Assembly: GCA_002104905.1 (NCBI GenBank)
Contig: MCFE01000450.1
Location: 1 to 64,000, forward strand
Reading direction: 5' to 3'
From: Basidiobolus meristosporus CBS 931.73
Lineage: Eukaryota; Fungi; Basidiobolomycota
Length of the DNA stretch: 64,000 nucleotides
Below the pieces are notes generated by a model, which saw only the letters and a list, made by a program, of their open reading frames with translations, made no database searches and was not told the origin of the DNA. The translations under genes and the position numbers were made by a program. This document shows positions 11,911-25,300 of this stretch, in pieces. Within the stretch, counting starts at the first letter, position 1, and the number at the start of each line of letters is the position of its first letter.

Positions 11911-14900
11911 TTTGGTGGTGTAGAGGTACTCCAGGGAGAAGCTGTACAACTCAAGGTGTGTGAGGTGTCTGATGGGTGCAATAACGTCTGGGTCTAAACT
12001 ACCAGTGTCATCGTCAATATGTCACTATTGTAAAAGCACCTGCTTCTCTAGCTTCCTAAGTGCTCCAAGTGTCTCCAAAGGCCTCTGTGTGTCTTTTGCA
12101 CTACCCTGAAAAGCTCCTCCGATAGCAGGTCTGAGATGTAACTGTTAAAGGTAGGTGCATTGATCAACTGCTATTCAATAAGGAAGAAGTGTTACTAACA
12201 GAAGGGATAATTTATTGATGAGGGATTGACTTCCCTTAAATACTTTTCCTGATTGCCAAGGAATCACTAATGACAACGTTCTAGAAAATTCCAGTCATCA
12301 GTGGAACTCTTGATGACATCACTATGAGCTAAAAATGGGCCAAGAATGTCCTGGAAGGTTCTAAAAGGCACAGCACATCCAACCAATTAGGGATCAGTAT
12401 TCTGAGACCTGTGCATTATAAGATACCATATATAGTATATAAAAGGTAGCAATGGTAACATAAACTTAGGTCATGTGTCACAGGTGCTGATGCAGGTACT
12501 TGCCTAGTGTAGATACATATACACATCACAAAGCTGAATAACATCTGGTATAACTAATGCTAATAACTAATCAGGGTCAATATCATATGGGGAAAATACT
12601 ATCAATATGGGCAAAAGAAGCATGGGATAATACTTATAAGATAAAATATGGATAAGTACAACATAATAGCTATATGAGTTAACTTGTCTGTGTGAGGCAT
12701 GCTAACCCTACCACATCCACACCCCACTTGAGCTAAAAGTTCCCTGAAACTTTTTAGCTAACCACTGTAAGCATGGAGAACAAAGCGCTCTCTCAGTCAT
12801 TCTCAATGAAGCTACCTGTCTTTTCTTGGGATAGAAATCTACATGATGTCATTGATTGGATATTGTTTGAGTCCACACCACAGAAGGTAGCTGTCAGTCC
12901 AGGGCTCTCTGAGCATATAGTATACCATGCTGAGCCATCTGGGTAGTTCACTGCAGTTGCTCTTGCATTCACCTCCCATGGTCTCCCAAAGTTAGTCTTT
13001 GCACAAATGTAGACTGGGGTCTCATGGAGTATTCCTTCAGTGCTGAGAGGGAAGCTGTGAATAGTTCCTAAAGCTTTGATTGCCCTGAGTTGGCATCCTT
13101 CATGCTCCAATTAATATTAGTGTCTATGGGCAATAGGTCTTTCCAAGGTAGTTGGTACAAAGCCTCCCAAGGTATCACACATATCTCAGATTGACTGTCT
13201 ATTTGACATAGGATTTCTTGATTATGCACAGTTCCAGTAGTTGTTATAGTTGCCACTGAGTAGTAGTGTTTCTGGCTTTGGCCCAGCTTATTAATATCTT
13301 GCTATCCTTGAACTGACTTGACCTGGTTGCTTAGGATTGCTTCAATTGGATACTTTCTTATTCTGATGTGCCCATCCAGAGTCTTTCTTACTGAGAGTGT
13401 TGCACTGAGTAGCTCTCCAACCTTGATTGATATGTTGCCACCTAGTATAAGACTTGTTGGAGCCTGCAGGGTACCATTTTGCTTGACTATAGGCTTCATG
13501 TGGTAGTTATTGGCCTTGGCAGACTCATGCAGAATTAATGGGGGTGATGCTTTCTTCTCAATCACAACTTCAGGCTCACATCTTGGTACTTTTGTTGATG
13601 GGCCTGGATCAGGCATTTTTTCAGGAAGGTGCCTCTTTGAAGCATAACTTGATGCTATATGATCTTAGGACTCTCCAGGGTCCTCATAGTCAAAGTTCAG
13701 AAGTTCGGCTGGATCAAAGTAGTCATGATCTTCTTTTTCATGGAGGAGCACCTTTCTTGTATGAGAGGTGACTTGCTTGTAGTGAACTCTCATTCCTCCT
13801 TGTTCAAATGTGGTGGATAACTTGTCACCATGCTTACTGATTATTTATCCCTGAGGACAATGTAGGATGGCACCTGTGGAATGTTATGACTGAAGCTCAT
13901 GGCCATTTCTCTTGGAATGGTTGGCAGAGTCACACCATAAGTATGTATAGTTGACTTCTTTCTCTACTGGCTTCTGTCTATATGCTTGGCTGGCCAGTAG
14001 CAAAGAAAGTTTCTCTAGCTGCTGTGTCAGCTCCTTAATTTGAGTGTTGGCTTAATGGGATTAAATAAGTCTTGGTTATCTTGATTATGTGCTGGGCTTG
14101 AAAGAAGCTTTCTGATTGGTGAGGTTTTTTCAGGGATAAGTAAAATATTCTTTGCTAACTGAAATGCAGGCAATGAACTTATAGCTCTCACAGTAGGATC
14201 ATTTTAATCCTTCTCACCAGGTCATCTGGTTGTGCTCTGAGAAGATTTGTGGATAAAGTAAGATCAGTGATAACTCCTTAGGCTTTCAGTGGCCCTCCAA
14301 TTTGCTCAAGGCCACTCAAGTTTTCTTTCAATGGTAGCAGCTCAAACTTGCTATAAGCAAAGTTCTCCAAATCTTTAAGTGTGTAGTCAACTTGTCACTC
14401 TCCATATTCATCAATCAAGTAGCTCTTGAAGAGGGTCCAATTTGCAAGCAGATCATTTATTTTGTATAATGAGAACATGATCTCATCAGTACTGTAAGGG
14501 GGCATCTCTTCAGCCATAATGGCCTCCAGTACTTTATGAGCTCTGCAGAAAAGATCCCACCTCTTGATGAAAGCTTTAACTTTAGTTCCATCAAAGAAAG
14601 GAGTTCCTTGCATTCCTGGTAAAGGTAGATCCATGGTCTTGATAATTTGTTCTTTCTTAAGTCTTCTAGGGGCAGCTCAGTCAAACCCTCTACATTGTAT
14701 GCCAAATATTTGGTGGTGTAGAGGTCCTGCTGGAAGAAGCTATACAACTCAAAGGATGTGAGGTGACTGATGGGTGCAATAACCTCTGGGTCCAAACTGC
14801 TGGTGCCTTTGTCAATATATCACTATGGTAAGATCTCCTGCTTCTCTAGCTTCCTAGGTGCTCCAAGTGTCTCCAAAGGTCTCTGTGTGTCTTGTGCACT

Positions 14901-15514
14901 ACCCTGAAAAGCTCCTTTGATGGCAGGTCTGAGATATAACTGTTGAAGGCAAGTGCAGTGATCAACTGCTAATCAACAAGGGAGAAGTGTTACTAATAGA
15001 TGGGATGATTTATTGATGAGGGATTTACTTCCCTTAAATACTTTTTCAGATTGCCAAGTGATTACTAATGCCAAGGTTCTAGAAAACTCCAAGCATCAGT
15101 GGAACTCTTGATGACATTACTATGAGCTAAAAATATGCCAAGAATATCCTGGAAGGTTCCAAAAGGCACAGCACATCCAACCAATCAGGGATCAGTATTC
15201 TGAGACCTGTGCATCATAGAGATACCATATATGGTATGTAAATGGTAGGGATGGTAATACAGACTTAGGTCATATGTCATGAGCACTGATGCAGGTACTT
15301 GCCTAATGTAGATACATATGCAGATCACAAAGCTAAATAGTATCTGGTATAACTAATGCTAATAACTAATCAGGGCAAACATCATATGGGGATAATACTG
15401 ATAATATGGGCAAAAGAAGAATGGGATAATGCTGATAAGATAAAATATGGGTAAGTACTACATAATAGCTATATGAATAAACTTGTATATGGGAGGTATG
15501 TTTACCCTGCTACA
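11911..15514 (-). mobile_element. gypsy family B, internally deleted (gag and protease only)
   Basis: 5' LTR 14709-15514, decayed Lys-type PBS 14686-14704, gag remnant 14395-14634 (PFFDGTKVKAFIKRWDLFC), protease-region remnants 12793-13616 homologous to family C pol, purine-rich tract before 3' LTR 11911-12715; no matching TSD. Confidence 0.82.
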
Positions 15515-15666
15515 CCACATTGACATACTTCTATCACCCCAACTTTACAGCTTTTTAGTGTGATACTTGGGTTACCATGTATCTTGTACTGCTGGTAACA
15601 TACACATCTTGCAAACATATAGGAGCGCTCTGGCTCTTGTTTTTGTATATTCTGTATTGAATGGTG

Positions 15667-17700
15667 TCAAAGTGGGCTTATGACCATCAGAAATCTGGCA
15701 CACCTTGATAGAGTTTTCCTAATAAGAATTAGTTGCTTGTGGCACCCAACACAACTTTGCATTACGTAACTGATTACCCATGCATTGGGGCTACTTAGCT
15801 TCTCCATGCCATAGGCATAGGTGTCTCCATGTGCACATCTGTCCTCAGTATTTTCCAACTCTTCCTGGCTGTCCTCCATGTGCCAACTCTTCACATCCAT
15901 GACAGACTTGAAGGAAATATTATTGATGAGATTGGGATATGGTAGTGCCTGCAACTTGACCTGTCTTCCAATCTCCACATCCATCCACTCCATATGAAAC
16001 TCCCAAAGGGTGAAGCAAGGCCCAATATTCTCTAGACACTGTGCAAGATGGAGGAGAGAATGGATACAGTAGTGGCAGAGATCTACGCATTCAGCTTTAT
16101 GTTTGTAGTATAGCTGCTCAAATCCCATCACAAACTCCGTGCATTACAGCTGTAGATGAGTCAAGTTGGCATTGGTGATCTGCTTCTCAATAACTCTTCC
16201 TACAATGGTCACATATGACTCCCACTGCTTCCAATGTACTATTGGTAGGAATTGCTTCAGATTGCTACTTGAATAAATATATATCCAGTTCATCCAGTCT
16301 TTGTATTTGTATTGCTGCATATGCATATGGATATTGATTGGAGCCTGTGAGAAGTATTTATGGTAGCAGATACTGTGTAATATCTTGCCAATTCCTTCAA
16401 ATTTCTTTTGTATCTTGAAGGGCTCCTATAGCTCAAAATGCCCCATATGCAACTTGGTTATCAGTATAGGGATATTGTTGAAAAGCAAATGCATAGCTCC
16501 CAGTGGAAAGCTTTTGCTTCAACAGATACCCTCTATCTTAAGTATGTCTGGCTTCTGATTGCTTACATATTCTGGCCAATGGCTTATAGCTTGCCAAATT
16601 TGCTGCAACTGCATGGTGACATCTGTATGTTTTCTCTATGGGAAGATGATGTTCTTAGTGCTGGTGATTGGGTAATAATAATGTGCGTAAATTAAGTTGT
16701 AAATCCCATGGATCCCACACATTCAACAGCAATACCATCCATTGTACCCAGAAAAACCTGCTATCTTGCTGATGGCTGGGGTATCTCCAATGAAGATAAT
16801 AATATGCGCTTTTACATGACAACCATTTACTGTTATCCCACTAGAAGACATACAAAATTCATACTTTTAGATAGGTGGCAAATTTGGATTGACAAGAATC
16901 AGTGGCCAGCAGGTTTTACTGGTAGAGTACTTGTTTAATGAGAGTCTATCAAGTGCTAAGGCAAAGGCATGGTCATACATACCTTCAGAGTAGCCCTTGC
17001 TTTTTAGCTGTTTGTGATGTTTGCCATCAATTATCATGGACATGATTGCACTTGATTGATGCTGAGTGTAGTACTGTATAGCTTTGCAATATTTGTTGGG
17101 CTGTATTAGCCTCTTTATATCGGGTATTACTTGAATATATCCAGAGTGTGAAGAATGTTTTCCCTCAATATTGGTGGATTCTTGACAATTTGGCCATATT
17201 GCAATGGTAGCATTTTTGGATGCGAGTGCCATGCAACTGTTAACACATGCTGGAAATAGGACAGTCTCTGGATCATATGTTGCCAGCCACATAACAGCTG
17301 TCCACTTGTACCATAAATATGGTAAGTTGCATCCTGGAATGATTTTGGCAAGAAGTAGTAATGAATCCTCAAAGCTCCCATTACTGATAGTAATGGAAAC
17401 ATGCCACTTCTCTAGCCACAACATAGCATCATTCACCAGTAGATGGATTACTGGGCTCACTTGGCTCCATAAAGTATCCTTGGCATTTGTTTCAATGGGA
17501 GTTGTCTCATTGCATATTGGGATTTAACCAGGCTCATACACAGCACTGTTTTTTGGGGAGATAGACCCACAATCCATCAGTGCGCCTGCTTCTTCAGAGC
17601 TATCACTCTGTGTGACATATGAAGAAGGCTGAGGTGAGCCTAAAGGTGCCACAAACTCACCTGTCTCAGTTTGCACAAGGTGACAAAGATGGCATTGGTA
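15667..17700 (-). pseudogene. Tnp2/Transposase_21-like CACTA transposase, heavily disrupted
   Basis: LALDRLSLNKYSTSKTCWPLILVNPNLPP, PLGAMHLLFNNIP (about 16440-16505), FEQLYY...CIHSLLHLAQCLENIGPCFTLWEFHME...PYPNL motifs typical of fungal CACTA-like transposases. Confidence 0.82.
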
Positions 17701-18880
17701 CACTAAGAATGAATCTCAAGAATTGCAGAAACTATTAAAGGCAGAAGAACAACGGTGCCATGGCTAAAAACCATTGGCTTCCTTACAAGCCTGTTACAAG
17801 CAGGGCCAACAGCTCTAGACAAGCATCCAAGAGACATCAGGTAGCTGGAAGAGTACCAATTGGGAACAAGCAGGCAGATATGGATGCACCAGCATAACAA
17901 TTCTCAAGAAAAAAGCGTAGAAGTACTCAAGAAGCACTCAGTCAAAGTAGCAGTTAAGGGCCTGGCAGTGATAAACACCAGCAGCTTTTCCAGGAGCCTG
18001 TCACAACTACAATTGAGAGCTCAAAACAAGCAAAAAAGAAATGTCAGGATTCCAGGAGAGTGCCAGCAAGGGACAAGCAGGCCAAGACAGATGAATCAGA
18101 GAAGAACTTATCAAGGAGAAGATGTAGTTCATTACAAGAAGTATTCAGACAAAGTAGCAGTGAGAGACCTGGCAGTGATAAAGGAAAAGGTAAAGGGAAA
18201 AATGTCTACCCAAGCCTGAGACAGGGAGGCATGCAAAAAAATTGCAGTGCTCCCCAATTTACCCCTCAAGCCTGGAATAAACTGAATCCCATCATAGCCA
18301 AAAAGAGTTACCAGCAGGAAAACAGCTGTTTTCACAAGAGTTGGAAGTGCAGCCAGTTGAGCTACACTCCAGCAAGATAGATGAGTTTGCAGGAAAAGCC
18401 CATTTGTCAACCACAGCCACCACACCCTCTATTATTGACAGTATAGAGATCCCTCTGACTGACAAGGCTATAATGTCAAGAACTCAAAAGATTATCACAA
18501 TGTCTTCAGTGGAATGTTGGCACATTAATAGGTACACCAAGAGGTTGCAGCACTTCTTCAAGAGCAGTGCTCAAAAAAATGCACCTGAATATTGCAAGGA
18601 TTGATTGCAAAGACTGGCAGATGAGGAGCTAGACTATGCAGTGCCTGCTGAAGACCAGGACATATGAGAACCAGTAAATGAACAGTGGCATAAAGCTGTG
18701 GGGTTCTCACCAAAGTTGTGGAACCAGAGCATTGCAGCAAATATACTTATTGAGTGGTGGATTTTAATGGAGTTACTTGTTGAGTGTGGGGTTAGGCTCA
18801 ATGTTAGTGTAGGGTATAGAGAATTGAACTGGTCAATACAGTTGGCAATTGAGGTACAACTGAAGCCTCAATGGAAATAA
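17700..18880 (+). pseudogene. uncharacterised accessory ORF of the CACTA-like element, divergent to the transposase
   Basis: S/K-rich repeat (QEAxxQSSSERPGSDKGKGK) followed by a frame 18341-18880 with two in-frame TGA; peptide and WK-stop conserved in copy 2. Confidence 0.6.
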
Positions 18881-19229
18881 ATCAATTTGTATGCGTGATA
18901 AGTAAGAGAGATAGTTGAGTCAAAAGTAAGGAGTGTGAAAAAGAGGCAATAGCCAATCAATACACACAAAAGTAGGAAGTGATAGTGTCCAGGATCAGAA
19001 AGTGAGCAACTTGGCAGGGAAGCAACCAAAAGCCACCTATACATTGTTGTGATGAGAAGTTTTGACTAAGCATTTTGTGAAATCTGGGGTGCAATTAATT
19101 TTCAAAGGTTTCTAGATGGTGTCCTGGCAGAATCTGTATCTCTTAGTCATGGGACTTTACTTTGTGATGGCCTTTTGATGTGTTCATTACAGTAAATTTT
19201 CATGGGGTTTGGTGAATACATCCAATCCA

Positions 19230-20390
19230 GATTTGTTAAGTAGTTTTTTAGCTGCTGACTAATACCAAATGGTTCACTATTTCAGCAACTCCCTTTAGCT
19301 AGATAACTTCTTATTCTTAATATATCCCTGAGTTTTTCAAACTGTGGCCTAGCTAATGGAGCTGCCAATATTTTTGCAACCATTTTGTCTGTTGGGCATC
19401 AAACTAAATATGCCAAGTTATTCCATAAAACTTCTCTCACAGAGGAATGTAGTCTATGTATTTGCTTGATTTGATCACAATCAGTGAGATTTCTATCTAG
19501 TGAAGTACAACATTTATTATCCTTGTAAATGCATGTTGGTTCATCTTGATCAAAGCCCAAGTCTGGGAGTTACTTGTGTGACCACAAAGCCTCCTTAGTT
19601 GCTTAACAAGCATCTATATATTTTGCCTCAGCTGGAGAGAGTGCCATATTTAATTATATCTTGCAATACCATGTAACAGCTACACTAGCATATACAATCA
19701 TATACTTAAAGGTAGAACATCTGTCTTTCAGCTTGCTACCCCAGTCTGAATCTCTCTAACAAAAAAATATCTGCCATTTAGCTATTCCTGATTATTCCAG
19801 CACAATTTTCAAGGTACCCTGTAGATGAATCAAAATTTGCTTAACTACTGCAACTTGATCAGCTCCATAATATTGCATAAATCTCACTTTTCAAAAATTG
19901 GAGCAGTTTTGATCAAAAATTGGCTGAGCTTTGCTCAATCTTCCAACTTTTTCCACAGTTGCTGCTGCATGCTAGAGCTTTCTCACCTTAATATTGAAAA
20001 ACCCATGATATACTTTGACTGATTCAGCACAGTTTTTGGCATACACATTAACTAAGAAAATACTTGATTTTCCAAGATCTTTGATCTCAGGATTGCTAAA
20101 ATGGCCTAATTCCATCTGTTTATGTGCCCACTGCTCACTTGTAGCCCTTATTAGGATGCCCGCATAAAGTACCAGCATAGTCACTCCATTTTAATCTGCT
20201 ATGTATGTAATGAGATACAAAGTGCTACAGATGAGTCCAATCTCCTTTAAATATGAGTAAGCTTTTTGTACACTACTCTAGGCACTTGCCTAAGCTCAAG
20301 TGTGCACATCTCTTAGGGATCATTGATATGGTAAGTTTGACAATCATATTACTAAAGGGCCACTTGCTTTATAATACTGGAATATACCTT
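19230..20390 (-). mobile_element. decayed copia family D 3' remnant (RT/RNase H, PPT, LTR stub)
   Basis: Homologous to 22740-23900; LTR stub ends TTTCAGCA at 19287. Confidence 0.75.
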
Positions 20391-20473
20391 TAATATGATC
20401 TTCAATACAAATGTGTAAATTAGTTCAGTTTCTGACTTACTCATTGAACCTAATAATTAGCCTGTCATTATAT

Positions 20474-21750
20474 TGTTATGGTGTACAGCATGAATGCTTA
20501 AATTAGATCAGTTTTTAATCAAATCAACTAGTTTTATGAATAGCTAGTCAATATATTAGTGTTATTTGTCAGATCAGCAGTATTAGCTAGCAGTTGAGTC
20601 AGCAAATCCTTATCACTCAGAAATAGACATATCAAGTATCATATAATTGAATGATGATGGTGATGCCATCCAATGAGTCATCAGCCACAATCTACATTAT
20701 GAAATATAATTAGTAAGTAATTGATCTGCAAAATGTATATCAGAAGCTGATGGAACCTTAATAAAGATCAGTTAAAGTTTTAGTGAATACAATACTAGCT
20801 AAACTCCCTATTCCTCTACAACTCTTATATCAAGACTTGTTACAATATCAGTGTTATCTATTAAATGTGAAGCATTAGTCAGAAGAACAACCAGCTGATC
20901 CTTATTAGACAGAAATAGATGTATTGAGTAAGATCTAATTAAATGATGATGATGCAGCTGATGATATCATCAGCCACATCCTACATCAGGAAATTGAATT
21001 AGTAGGCACCTGATCTGGCAAAATGTATATTAGGAACTGTTGGAACCTTAATAATAGTGGGTTCAATTTGAGTGAACAAAATACTATCCAAACTCCTTAG
21101 TGCTCTGCTACTCTTGCATCAATACTTGTAACATTTGTAGCAACAATAACCAGGAACCTTGCTCCTCAGAAAAGAAAAAGTCTCCCCCAAGATGTTGGAA
21201 AATCAAGAATTGAAGAATGCCATGAAGCAAATCATTGCCTAGAATGACTACCATGGCCCTGAGTCAGCAAAGCCCTGTCACAACCAACTTTAGTGTGGTG
21301 GACAAGCAGTACTATGGTGGAGTCAAAGAGAACCTGAGAACTTGGTTCTTCTCAATTCAAGAGGCTATCAATACTAAAGGAACTGTCCCAGAGAGCATGT
21401 TGCATGATGCAGCTTCTCACTTAGCATATGCAGCTTTGCAATTGTAGCACAACATGACCACATTATCTACCATGAAGGGTAGCTTTACAATCTCCACCAG
21501 AAATGAGTGGGTGTTAGAATTTCTGGTTACTCTTCATTCTCCACATCAGCAGACACTACTAAGAAAGTGCTTAGAATACCCAGACAGAAAGGATTAGTTC
21601 AAGTACACAGCTTTGAGAATGAGTCCCTAGTGGGCTATATCAAAAGAATGGACTCCCTGAATCAAGTTGACTACATCATTGATGGTTAGAAAGAAAAATA
21701 TTGGAAGGATTTGTGTTACTGTAGACCCTGAGCCATTGACAGAGCCTTAG
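20474..21750 (+). mobile_element. gypsy family E 5' remnant: full LTR, 5'-truncated LTR, decayed gag
   Basis: LTR 20474-20844, partial LTR about 20846-21133, leader TTTGTAGCAACAATAACC, gag remnant 21235-21690 homologous to 34278-34688. Confidence 0.8.
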
Positions 21751-22386
21751 GGTTAGGCTGAATCATTGAGTTCATGCACCAGGTTGAGTTGTGCAACTTG
21801 TTTTAATCTTAATAAGGTGTCAGCAGTGGCATTATTTTTCCCAGGGCAGTAGACAATCTCCAAGTCAAATTATTACATGTATTAAGCTCTATCTTGTCAT
21901 TCTTCGGGATAATACCTTCTGAGTAAACATATACTTATGGGAGGCATGATCAGCCGTCACAGTGCACTTGGCTTTGTTAATGTAGCAACTCCATATCTTC
22001 AAGCAGTGTACTATGGTAAACATTTATTCCCCATGCACTGTATAGTTTTGCTCTGCTGAGTTCAGCTTCTATGATTGAGAAGTAACTGGGTGGTACTTAG
22101 TCTCATGGTCTTGGCTTTGTACTCCACCAATTGCATAATCTGAAGCATCTGTGAGCAGAGTAAACTCTGTTCTAATGTCAGATATTCTTAAGCTTGGCAG
22201 CTTAGTAAGTTGATTCTTGAGCATCTGAAAGGCAGTCTCACAGGCTGTGAACACTTCAAGGAATTGTCTTTCTTGAGGATACCAGTCAAAGAGGCAGCAG
22301 GACTTGCAAAGTACTTCTCAAATTCCCTACAATAGGGATCCTTTCCAAAGAATGATTGAAGTGTGGCTATGCTAAGGGGCTGATTA

Positions 22387-25300
22387 TGTTACTATTTAAG
22401 GAGTGAATTGGATCCAAGGAATATATTGAGAAAGAGTAATAATAGTTCAATTGTTGTTAATTCATAAGTAGTTCAGCATTTCTACCCTTGTAAAATTAAT
22501 ACAGCTGCAATACTCAGTAAGAAGAGCTTCTTAACACTCAGGAGCATTCTGTAACAGTTCCAGGGTTAGTATATAATGTTTAATAATAGTGCTAATTTGC
22601 TCCTGACTATAGGGGAATAATCATAAGATCATAGATCTGAAGAAAGTGGCAAAGTAAGAGCTGTGAATTAGTCCCACAGTGACCAAGACTAGTCAGGAAT
22701 TGCTAAGAAAATTCTTATTTGCAGAATGACACCAAATAGTCCAATATTTCAGCACTCCCCTTCAGCTAATTAATTTCTTAACTCTAATTCCTCCCTGAGA
22801 TTCTCAAATTGTGGCCTAGCTAGTGATTTTATCAATATATCTGCCATCATTTTGTTAGAAGGGCAGTACACTAACTCTACTATGGTATTTTCTATAGCTT
22901 CCCTCACAAAGTGATGTTGTATATCAATGTGCTTGGTTCTGGCATGAATGATAGGATTTCTAGCTAACAAAATGCAACTTTGATTATCCTTGTAAATACA
23001 TGTTGGTTCATCTGAGTTAAAAACCCAAGTCTTTGAATAATTTTTGTAGCCATATAGCCTCCTCAGTTGCTTGACATGCAGCCATATATTTTGCTTCAGC
23101 TGTGGATAGGGCCACAGTTGTTTGTTTCTTTCAAATCCAAGTAACAGCTGCACCAGCATAAAGAATTACACCGCCTGTGTTAGAGTGTCTGTCAATCAGA
23201 TCCCTACCCCAATCTGAATCACTATAACCATCAAATTTTTGCCTATTAGCTGCTCAAGAGTATTTCAGTACCATACTTATGGTACCTTGTAAATATCTGA
23301 AAATCCACTTAACTGCTGCAATTTGATCTGATCCATAATTCTGCATGAGCTGACTGACTGTTCCAACTGCCACTGCATTATCTGGACATGTAGACACCAT
23401 CAAACACATTAAGCTACTGACCATTGATTGATAGGGAAAGTTTTGGTCCATATTTAAGCTGCTTTCATCCAAAACTGGCTGAAACCTGCTTAATTTCAGG
23501 TTATTGTTCATAAAAGTAGCTGCAGGGTTGAAATTTTCCATTTTGAAGCATCTAAGAATGTTCTTGATGCACTTAGACCAATTCAGCATAATTTTCTGCA
23601 TAGGTATGTCAAATTTGATATCAATTCCATGAAAATAGCTCATTTTCCAAGATCTGTCATCTCAAACTTACTGAAGAGATCTGATTTTGTCTTCTCAAGT
23701 GCCTTGTATTCACTTGTAGCTATAATCAGGTTCTCCACATAAAGAACTAGGATGATCACACCCATTTTGATCTGTTTCATGTATATACTGTGATCTGCAG
23801 TGCTATGAGAGAACTCAATTTCCTATGAATATGTGTCAATCTTGTTATACCATACTCTAGGTGCCTGCTTAAGCCCATACAGCAATTTTCTAAGCTTGCA
23901 TACCTTATGGGGGTCCTTTGCATCAGCAAAATCTTCTGGTTACTCCATATTTATATTGTCTTGCAAATACCCATTTAGAAAGGCTGTTTTGACATCTATT
24001 TGGTGTAGATCTAGACTTTGTACAGCTGCCAGGGCTAGAACCGTACTAATGGAGTTAAACTTAGCAACCAGAGCACATGTTTCCTTAAAGTCTAGTCCCT
24101 GGACATGGGAATAGCCTTAAGCCACCAATCTAGCCTTGTACTTATCAACAGCACCATTTGAGGTTATCATGATCTTGTAGACCCATCTACATCCTATTGG
24201 CTCTCTCCCATTTGGTTAGTCTACTAGTTGCCATGTTATTTCCTTGATCAGTGATTGGTATTCCTCCTGCATGGCTTGTTGCTACATAGTAGCATCTGGA
24301 CTTTGCATTGCCTGATCCAGATTCTGAGGTTTGATACATAAGGCAAGATAAGCTTCTTCATCATCTTTGGATGTCTGCCACCAGGATCCATGGGCATTTC
24401 TTATTCTGGTGGATCTCCTGACTGGGATAATCTGCTCTGATCTGGAACTGGTAGAATTATCATCTGTATCTGGTTGAATTATGTACATATCTTCTTCATT
24501 AGTGTTGATTGCATCATCAGGTAGCTGGCCAATGATTTCAGTGGCTTTGCAATGTGAATTCCCCTGAAATACAATGACCCTGCTCTTGATCAGCTTCTGA
24601 ATTTTGCCATCATACACTCTATACCCTTTAGTATCTTCACAATACCCAAGAAAGATCCCTTTCCTACTTTTTGGCTCCAACTTTGAGCGTTTTTTGTCCA
24701 GGATGTGATAAAAACATCACTGCCAAAGATCTGGAGGTACTGAAAATCTGGTTTTTTGCCTGTATATGCTTCAAAGGTGAAGAATCTTGTGGTGCTGTAG
24801 TGGGGCATCTGTTCTTGATATACACTGCGGTAGCAACAGATTCAGCCTAAAACCTGTAGTCCACTCCCTTATCATGTATCATTAATTTTACCAACACTAC
24901 TATTGTTTTATATGCACATTCTGCTACTCCATTTTCCTGTGTAGTATGAGGAACTGTGGTCTGTTGAAGTATACCAGTAGATGAGCAGTATTTTGCAAAT
25001 TCCTTTGAAAAGTATTCTCCTCCATTGCCACTATGTAGTACCTTCAGTTCACACCCAGTTGGTGTTTCTGGCATGTTCTTGAAGTGCATAATCATCTCTA
25101 AAGCTTCATCCTTTGTTTTGAGGAAGTGCACCCATGTATATCTTGTTTTGTCATCAACAAACATCATGACGTATCTATTAGCTCCAAAGGACAGTGTTCT
25201 CATGGGGCCACATATGTCTGAGTGTACAATAGCCAATATTTGCTGGTATTGATGCCTTCTGAGCTCTTGAAATGTTGCCTAGCTTGTTTGCCACATGACC

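Larger units (their letters stand above)
15520..19207 (-). mobile_element. CACTA/EnSpm-superfamily DNA transposon copy 1 (3' end not visible)
   Basis: Terminus CCCCATGAAAATT at 19195-19207, Tnp2-like pseudogene, divergent accessory ORF. Confidence 0.8.

Noticed and set aside
17927-18183. Spaced ~48-bp repeats as a CRISPR-like array
   Set aside because: Only two copies per locus about 208 bp apart, with a low-complexity coding character, inside a eukaryotic transposon.
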